DNA from: Candidatus Bathyarchaeota archaeon
Lineage (GTDB): Archaea > Thermoproteota > Bathyarchaeia > Bathyarchaeales > Bathycorpusculaceae
Length of the DNA stretch: 47,546 nucleotides
NCBI GenBank assembly: GCA_963768425.1
Contig: CAVYHV010000001.1
Coordinates: 1-47,546 of the forward strand
Direction of reading: 5' to 3'
Under the pieces are notes generated by a model that made no database searches, was not told where the DNA came from, and saw only the letters and a program-made list of their open reading frames with translations. Each line of letters begins with the position of its first letter. Positions within the stretch are counted from its first letter, which is position 1. Of the stretch, positions 40,367 to 47,546 are shown in pieces. A program made the position numbers and the translations under genes.

Positions 40367-40865
40367 ATGAACGTTTAAGCATTAAGCAAACGCGTTGATA
40401 ATTTGTCAACGAAACTTGTAGACGGACCCAAAGAGCACATAGCAAGATTCGATCCTAACTCTTTTACGGATGCCGAAAAGCTCCTTTTCCTCAGAATTGA
40501 GGAATTGAATAAACAACACGGTACTCCTCTTCCACCTGACGTTTTAAAAGCTAACAAGGATTTGGTTTGCAAGGCGAGTGACATCTTGCTCAAATATTCT
40601 ATGGATACCTTTAGGATTGCGATACTTTGTTTCTTTGGCGATCCTGAAAGTCGAACGTGACAAGAACATTTTTGATCTGTTTCTCTACAATTCCTTGCTT
40701 GATCTAATTTTGTGCCTTAAAGAAGCACATAAGCAACCTCAAAATGAGGAAGAATCTCTTCGTCTTTTTGACAAATACGACTTTTTTGGCAAGCTCTCAC
40801 ATTTGACCCGTGACACTAATTTAGAAATGGAAAAGCGAATCTGGTTTAATAAAAACCGAACATAG
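40367..40865 (+). CDS. Hypothetical protein, frameshifted
   Basis: ATG at 40367; overlapping ORFs 40403-40660 and 40578-40865. Confidence 0.5.
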
Positions 40866-40870
40866 TGAGG

Positions 40871-42875
40871 ATGATGATAATGAGCACTACGACCCTACTA
40901 CCGAATTTGAAATAAACGTTCCGCCAGCCGAGCTTGTCGATGTAGATTTGCTTAAGGCGGATAAATGCAACCCCAACAAACTTAGCCCCAGAAAGTTTGA
41001 AGCACTAAAAAAGAGCATTCAACGCTTCGGCTTCGTTGTTCCCGTAATCACAAATAAGGATTTGCTTGTGGCTGACGGTGAGCATAGGATCTTAGGCGGC
41101 TAAAGCGCTTGGGTTAAAGCAGGTAACCGTTGTTCGGTTGCCTATTTCGGAAGTGGATAGGCGGTTGATTAGGCAGGTTATGAACAAGCTGCGGGGTGAG
41201 CATGATCTGTTCTTGGATGCGGAAGAATACTACCGGATTATTTGTGAGGATCAAAGAGATTCGTTGAAGTGCTTTGCTGAATGAAACCGATCTGCGCATT
41301 GATAATTTGCTGAAGCTTCGTGAGCCAGCCTGTTTCTAGCGATGAAGGATTTGAAGCGGCTTGCGCAAGGGTTTGAGTCTAAAGTTGAAAACAACACGCT
41401 TGATACAGCAGTTGAGCGACGTTCTGGGGAGAATGTTGACGTTGAAGTGCAACGTAGAGTTTTCCACTAAGGCTGAAGTTACAGAGCGGACTTTGGCTGT
41501 TTGTGAAGCGTTTGGGCTTGGAGTGGATGAAACTAAGCGGTTTGTGGTTTACGACAATTTTAGCCTTGAGTTTAGAAGAGGCGACTTGATTTATGTACTG
41601 GGGATTCTGGAGGAGGCAAGTCTTCTCCTTTTGAGGGCTTTCAAGAATTTTTTTGGTGAAGAATCGATAGAGCTGGACGATTTGCAGATTAACCCTGAAG
41701 AGACACTTGTCGAAGGTGTCGGCAAAGACGTTAAGGAAGCGATTGAAATTTTGAGTTTATGCGGGTTAAATGACGCCTTTCTGTTTCTGCGTAAGTACAA
41801 GGAGCTTAGTGATGGACAAAAATACCGGTACAAACTTGCAAAACTCGTTAATTGCAAGGAGAAAAAATGTTTGGTTAGTTGATGAGTTTTGCGCTTCCCT
41901 TGACCGCGTAATGGCTAAGGTTGTTGCTTATTCTTTTCAGAAGTTGGCTCGAAAGCTGGGCAAAACAGTGGTTGTCGCCACTACGCATGAGGATTTGATC
42001 GGATGATTTTCAGCCTGATATCATGGTTAGGAAGGGTTTTGAAGGCGAAGTTGACAGTTGAAAGGCACACTTTTGAGCGTAAGCAATGTAGTCTCCTAGG
42101 TGCAATCCGTGTGGAAGAGGGAGCTTTGAGGATTATGAGAAGCTAAAACACTTCCATTACAGAAGCACCAACGAAAAAGAAAAAACCAGTCTCAGAATGC
42201 GCAACTGCTACAAACTCGTTTACGGAAACAATTTAATCGGCGTTATTGTTTACTCAAATTCCTACCTGAACTTAAAACCGAGAAACATGGTGTTCGGAGA
42301 CCGCTACCTGTTTACTCCAGGCGATTTGCACAAGGCAAGGTTGATTAACGATGAAATCGCAAGGATAAGCCGAGTTATTATTCACCCAAAGTTCCGCGGA
42401 ATCGGCTTGGGCGAGTTTTTGGTAAAGCAGACTTTGCCTTTGGCTAACGCTAAAGTGGTTGAGGTTTTAGCAGTAATGGCAAAATATAACCCGTTCTTTG
42501 AGAGGGCAGGAATGGTTAAAGTTGACTACAGCAGAGAGGAAACAGCAATCGACAAAAAAATCAATACCTTTCTAAAAGAGCGCAATTTTGATTTCCGCTT
42601 TGCCAAGTCAAAGACATACTGCCGCGACTATTTCAGCCACACTAAATGCCGAAGACAAACAGACGTTAATCGGCTATCTTAAAGAATTCGTTGAACAACC
42701 ATTCATTAAAGTTAAAGCAGTCACACCTGAACTATTGACAAAACGCATGCATTCAAACGGCAACTACCTATACTGGATAAACCCAAACAGCCTCAAGCCA
42801 ACAACCCTTCAGCATGAGCCAATCCCACTTGGGTGTCTGCAACAAGCCTTGGAAGGCAAGCGAGTAGGGGATTGA
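40871..42875 (+). CDS. ParB/Srx N-terminal domain + ABC ATPase + GNAT acetyltransferase fusion (COG2401-like), multiply frameshifted
   Basis: NPNKL...LKKSIQRFGFVVPVITNKDLLVADGEHR (about 40970-41090); Walker A TGDSGGGKS in a shifted frame at 41597-41623; LSDGQ; VWLVDEF; VATTHED; HFHY; ISRVIIHPKFRGIGLG; AVMAKYNPFFERAGM. Confidence 0.8.
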
Positions 42876-42952
42876 AAGTAATTTTGTTAGTTATATATGA
42901 TCATGGACAAAATAGGCGAGCACTAGCAGAAAAGTCAGGGTGATCTATAATC

Positions 42953-43760
42953 ATGCAGAGTATTGACCCACAAATAAATTACGCGAAGCAATCTGTAATG
43001 GAACTGTTCGAGGATAGTTACGGAAGAGCAAAAAGGAAGCCTTACTACATTACCCAAATCAAAACGCTTTTAGAGACAAGTTTTTCGGATGATGTAACCT
43101 ACCAAGCAATCGAGCAACTGGTGAGAGAGCGTAGGTTGTCCAAGATCATCGCAGATACAAAATATGCGCAAAAGGTTGTTTTCCTTTATAATGCGGAATT
43201 TGATAATCCTAAGTTCAAGGACTCACGAGGTATGCATGTTAATACAATCTGCAATATCGTTGACATGTACTCGAATCCAGATATCACCAGACAATATGGA
43301 GAATACTTAGAGGGTTTAGTTGGGGAAGAATTACAAAAACAGGGGTTTACAATCGTTGGAGTCCACACAAAGAAATACAAAGACAAAAAATACCCTAAGA
43401 GCAATAACGATCTTGATTTTATTGCAGAACACCGTTAAGGCAAGTTAACCATAGGCGTGGAAGTTAAAAACACCATTTCCATGATGGATAAGAAAGAAGT
43501 AGATATCAAATTACAAATGTGCGATTTTTTGGGAATTACACCAGTATTTGCAGCTCGTCGGCTAGACCCATACGCTAAGCTTATCGATGACAGAGGCGGT
43601 TTTTCATGGACATTCAAAACCCAACTGTACCCACCACGCTTTGACGCTTATAGCAAAAACTCTTAGCAAAAGATTACATTTACCAGTGAACGTAGAAACG
43701 GAACTACCGACAGAATCAGTACAGCTTTTTCTTAGCTGGGTTAAAAAACAAACAACCTGA
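42953..43760 (+). CDS. PD-(D/E)XK restriction-endonuclease-like protein with wHTH-like N-terminus, frameshifted
   Basis: GEYLEGLV...L...GF, NDLDFIA...IGVEVKN; rescued C-terminus LHLPV...FLSWVKKQTT* with stop at 43760. Confidence 0.7.
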
Positions 43761-44107
43761 GCATATGTAATTTTTTAGATTTTGAAGAGGAAAAAAACTC
43801 CAGAATACGAATGATTTTAGTGTCGCTAATTGCGTTAAGCGAATTATAATAAAAATTGTAAGGGTAAAGGTAGAAAATGTGAAAGCTCCCTTTCACTATC
43901 ATGAAAGCTACTCTTCTTATGTAAATTCCTCCATTCCACAATCCCGCGTACAAACCAAAAAAAGACTCAATTTTGATAGCATCCGCTAATAGGCAAATTA
44001 AAATGGAAAAAAGCAGAGAAATTTTCTTGAGACAGAGACTGATGATGAGCAGGATGGCAAATTTTAAGAATGATTAACAATAGAATAAGGAAAGACAAGT
44101 GCTTTAA

Positions 44108-45256
44108 ATGTCCAATACAAACGCTCCCACAGCCGACGAAGAAACTAAGCACAAGAAATGGCTTGTAGCTCAATTGCCCTCAGGATACTGCGAACATGAA
44201 AACATGATTTGCAATTTAGATGATAGGAACTGGTTGGTCAAAGCCCTTAAGGGATACGAAGGAACAAAGCCAAAATCTGCTGATTTTGCTCAAATAAGTA
44301 TTGGGGACATTATTGCTCATTATGATTTTATGAACGGCTTGATAATTGGATTGTTTCGCGTAGTTACCAAAGAGGAGCTTGAAGAGATGCCAGAAAACGT
44401 GCAGAAAATTGGTGAACATGAGTACTTGCGAGATGATTTTTTATGGGATGACTGCATAATACGTTATGTTAAACCATACGTACTGCATCAAGAAGAAAAA
44501 TTCCTAAATTTCAAAAAATTTCTCAAAAATCATGATTGTAATAATCAGTTTACTAAAAAAACTCGCGATTACATTTCAAACCTGGATAACATTTCAAGGC
44601 TGAAAAACCCGACTATCAACTGCCAAAAGGCTATTTGCACACAACTAAGCGAAGAAGACTATCAAATAATCAAAAATTTTTTCTCGGACACTAACATGCA
44701 ATACTTTGAGAAGCCTGGCTGGTCCTCTGGAAGCACAAGTAATACGGAAGTTCTAACTTCACTTCTGGATTTTTATAATAGTCGAACAACCTCTTTTGCA
44801 AATTTGTTTCTAGCATCAATATTCGGTGTTGTTGCTCTTTCAGCAATCGTAGGGGTCATTCCAGTTAATCTAACGACAAATAACATTTGGGCGAACAAGC
44901 ATGCATTAATTTCTATTATACCCTATGTCTTTTTTGTTTTCATGGGATACTATACCTTTGACAGGTATCGAAACTATGCAGATATTGCTGAAAAAATAAA
45001 AAGCAACGCTTTTGAATATCCTAACTACACGAATCTAAATAAATCAAAAGTCTCTTTAACAAACAAGCAGAAGCAGATGGAAACAATTGGCTTGGCAGAC
45101 TTTATCCACAAAAAAGGGCGCAGGCAAAACAGACTTTTCAAGTGGCTTAGACAGAGAGGTAGTGACCTATTTGTCGTGTTTTTCTTTATAGCATTAATCA
45201 CTTTAGGATTTGTTGTTTACTGGAATCTCCTGAGATTTCTCGTACATCTCATTTAG
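44108..45256 (+). CDS. Possible EVE/PUA-like N-terminal domain fused to a 3-TM C-terminal region
   Basis: Intact 382-aa ORF; QISIGDIIAHY...IIGLFRVV and QLSEEDYQII recall EVE domains; three hydrophobic helices after about aa 230. Confidence 0.55.
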   Translation: MSNTNAPTADEETKHKKWLVAQLPSGYCEHENMICNLDDRNWLVKALKGYEGTKPKSADFAQISIGDIIAHYDFMNGLIIGLFRVVTKEELEEMPENVQKIGEHEYLRDDFLWDDCIIRYVKPYVLHQEEKFLNFKKFLKNHDCNNQFTKKTRDYISNLDNISRLKNPTINCQKAICTQLSEEDYQIIKNFFSDTNMQYFEKPGWSSGSTSNTEVLTSLLDFYNSRTTSFANLFLASIFGVVALSAIVGVIPVNLTTNNIWANKHALISIIPYVFFVFMGYYTFDRYRNYADIAEKIKSNAFEYPNYTNLNKSKVSLTNKQKQMETIGLADFIHKKGRRQNRLFKWLRQRGSDLFVVFFFIALITLGFVVYWNLLRFLVHLI

Positions 45257-45453
45257 AGAGAATATATGTAATGCTGATGGCAATCGTGATAGAAATGTTT
45301 GAGGAGTAATTTTTCCTTTATTTTTCTTATTTTTTGTTAATTTGATGTGTTTACTCGATTCTGACACTACATATACTATACCTTAACCTTATGTGATATG
45401 GATTGTGCGCTACTTCTTAAGCGTCGTAACATATTCATACAGTGGCTTAGAAC

Positions 45454-45633
45454 ATGGGTTTTAAATGTGAATTATGCGGTGGACAAACCAAGAAAGTTCA
45501 CGAAAATGAAACAAGCGAGTTCTGGAAATGTGAGAAACACCACTTAGTCAAAGAAGTAATATCTGGAAAAGAACATGTAAAAAATGTTGATAACCCTGTT
45601 TTTATGGTTCCGAAACCGCTAAAGAAACCTTAA
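45454..45633 (+). CDS. 59-aa Zn-finger micro-protein (not in ORF track)
   Basis: MGFKCELCGGQTKKVHENETSEFWKCEKHH...PLKKP*. Confidence 0.55.
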   Translation: MGFKCELCGGQTKKVHENETSEFWKCEKHHLVKEVISGKEHVKNVDNPVFMVPKPLKKP

Positions 45634-45909
45634 TTTCTTTTCTTTTTGAAATATAACGTTGTCATGTAATTGACGATAGCAAAGTAAACTGGAATTTAAA
45701 TAAAAAGGAAAATTATTTTTGTTATGTTTGCATATACTCGATTCCGACTATACCCAACCCTATTATTGGCTTGTTTTTCCATTACTAAGCGCGCGCAGTT
45801 AACCCGAAGATGCAGAACGGTAACTATCCAGAAAACTAGTGCTTCATAGCTAAAAAAAGCAATGGTATAAGCATAAGAGCTGTGAGTGTAAACATGAGAA
45901 AAGAGGTAA

Positions 45910-46050
45910 ATGAAAATGTGCCAATTAAGAGCAGGTTTAGTTAAAAACTGCCGCAGGTGCAAATCGAGTATTCGACTTAATTGCCCTATTAGAAAGAAAG
46001 TGAAAAAGAAGACCTACATAGACACCATGAAGAAGGGCGAAAATAAATAA
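45910..46050 (+). CDS. 46-aa basic Cys-rich micro-protein (not in ORF track)
   Basis: GAGGT SD; MKMCQLRAGLVKNCRRCKSSIRLNCPIRKK...ENK*. Confidence 0.45.
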   Translation: MKMCQLRAGLVKNCRRCKSSIRLNCPIRKKVKKKTYIDTMKKGENK

Positions 46051-46104
46051 CAACTAAGAAGAGTGAAGCCAAGTAGCAGCAGAGAAAAAACTGAATAACG
46101 TTTT

Positions 46105-46216
46105 ATGTCCAAAATGTCCTATTTGTGGCAGCACTCGCCTTGAAGAAGATGAAGATATCGTTAAGTGTCTTGATTGTGGCATGGGGACGTATAAGGCAGG
46201 CAAGCATAAGCAGTGA
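46105..46216 (+). CDS. TFIIB-type Zn-ribbon micro-protein (one extra base after ATG)
   Basis: PKCPICGSTRLEEDEDIVKCLDCGMGTYKAGKHKQ*. Confidence 0.55.
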
Positions 46217-46304
46217 AGTATTGTAAATAATTACTTAAGTAATGATATGAAAAACATTGGAAAATTTGAACATGTTCGAATCTAATAGTAATCCACGTAG
46301 TCCT

Positions 46305-46463
46305 ATGGGGAAGCAATCAATCTTACGAGTGCCTTCAGTGCGGAGCAACCACGACGGGCAAAACATAGAGGAGAGAGGCGGCGAAATCAAATGTATCGTA
46401 TGCGGATACAGAGTTTTAAAGAAGACGAAACCGCCAGTTGTAAAGAAAGTTCCCGCAACATGA
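46305..46463 (+). CDS. rpo12: RNA polymerase subunit Rpo12 (RpoP) homolog, frameshifted
   Basis: YECLQCG in a shifted frame, then GGEIKCIVCGYRVLKKTKPPVVKKVPA. Confidence 0.75.
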   Translation: MGKQSILRVPSVRSNHDGQNIEERGGEIKCIVCGYRVLKKTKPPVVKKVPAT

Positions 46464-46644
46464 CATAAGAACTCTTTATTAGCAATTATGCTTGCGCTCA
46501 TACTTATCACGACGTTGGTAGCTGCGGCAGCGGTTAAGAAGAAAAGTGTTCAACAGAGTTTAGCATGTTTAATTCTTGTTGCTGTGATGGCACAATCACA
46601 ATAGTATATTTAGCGTTATTCCACCAGTGTTTTAGGTGTAAGTT

Positions 46645-46819
46645 TTGTCAAAAGCTCAACCTCATCCAGGTCATGAAAAACACCTCTGCAAGATGGTAGA
46701 GGATAAAGCGCCAATAGAGAAAATAAAGCCCCTTGTGAAAGACGCGAAATATATCTGCAAAGGATGTATGCGAACAGCTGCCAAAACAGAAAACCTCTGC
46801 TCCTCGAGAACCCCTCTAA
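46645..46819 (+). CDS. Small Cys/His-rich metal-binding protein
   Basis: HEKHLC...IKPLVKDAKYICKGCMRTAAKTENLC; probable true end EPL* at 46819 after an indel. Confidence 0.65.
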
Positions 46820-47026
46820 ACCTCTTTTCTTTTTTTGTGAAAACAGGAAAAGCTAATTCGGGTTGCCTTTTTTCTATTAAGTAAAGCTAATTCTTGATAG
46901 CCTACCTACCAATACCACAGAAAAGAAGTTTTCATTTTTTAGCCTACCCCGTGGCCACTACATAGCACCCTTTACTTCGGTGAATGTAAAAGTGTGTGTG
47001 GGATTAAAATTTAGTCTAACCAGTTC

Positions 47027-47260
47027 TCAGGTTTTGATTTTTCTGATTCTGTCGTAGGATGCGAGGTAACCTTGTCCTTTCATGTGGTGACATATTTGCC
47101 GTTGTTTTGCATAATCATACTTTGATTTGTGAGAATTGTCAAATAGGATTCTGCTTGCACATCATTCAAACCTAACCTGTTCATAATTCTGCCCTTATCT
47201 TTTGACGTTTCGCAGAAACGGATAATATGAGACACAATTCCTAATATACCTAAAAGCCAT
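47027..47260 (-). CDS. HTH_45-like winged-helix protein, frameshifted (not in ORF track)
   Basis: ILGIVSHIIRFCETSKDKGRIMNRLGLNDVQAESYLTIL...GKYVTT / KGQGYLASYDRI. Confidence 0.6.
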
Positions 47261-47546
47261 TTAGTTCACAAGATATTTGTCGGTAGGGTAGCAATTAAGT
47301 ATGTGTGACTGTTGAGCAACTGTAACAAGTGACCGTATACTCGATTCCACTATTATTTTTTTTAATTTATCTGAGGGGTAATTTTTCTCTTATTTTTTAC
47401 CGCTAAAGTTATCTTGTTAGTTAGCAGGGTAAGTTTTACTATGTTTTTTGCTCCTCATACCAATAACTGACTATTATTATTCCACACTTACCCACCAAAC
47501 CCACTACTCAGCACCCAAACGAGTCCGTAGGTCGGTGTGTGTGGAT

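Noticed and set aside
41361-42006. ABC transporter ATP-binding subunit
   Set aside because: No permease or binding-protein genes; the ATPase is continuous with ParB and GNAT domains
39979-47546. Intact provirus or integrative element
   Set aside because: No integrase, terminase large subunit, portal, capsid or tRNA att site recognised within the window

Overview
Archaeal chromosomal window, most likely Bathyarchaeia (inferred from tiaS, archaeal-type alaS/asnS, stand-alone Lrp/AsnC ligand-binding proteins, HTH_45-type wHTH genes and grpE-dnaK-dnaJ). Many genes carry single-base indels, including the essential alaS, so most broken ORFs are probably long-read assembly errors; I joined them by hand. 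Layout: (1) 1-3.3 kb, a co-oriented array of small secreted or membrane-anchored genes, several preceded by the same 24-bp-spaced TTTCTTGACT boxes; (2) 5.2-12.1 kb, an unusual minus-strand Fe-S cluster made of a membrane-anchored extracellular protein, a NapH-like membrane ferredoxin, a double-cubane-like (HgdAB-family) enzyme, BzdP- and BzdQ-like ATP-dependent activators and a BzdM-like ferredoxin; (3) galT, two divergent unannotated RHH genes, nadA, nikR with its operator and a NiCoT nickel permease, an isochorismatase, a CHASE4-like histidine kinase, and an AbrB-like gene beside 10-bp phased repeats; (4) a housekeeping block (pyrG, three Lrp-LBD genes, tiaS, alaS, a candidate sRNA, a candidate regulator plus grpE-dnaK-dnaJ, an FNR-like gene, asnS, a CDF transporter); (5) 39.9-47.5 kb, an island-like region with an HTH gene, a ParB-ABC ATPase-GNAT fusion, a PD-(D/E)XK nuclease, an EVE-like/3-TM protein, several Zn-finger micro-ORFs and an out-of-context Rpo12 homolog. 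No rRNA, tRNA, CRISPR array, transposase or integrase was recognised. All family calls come from motif recognition by eye; no database search was run.
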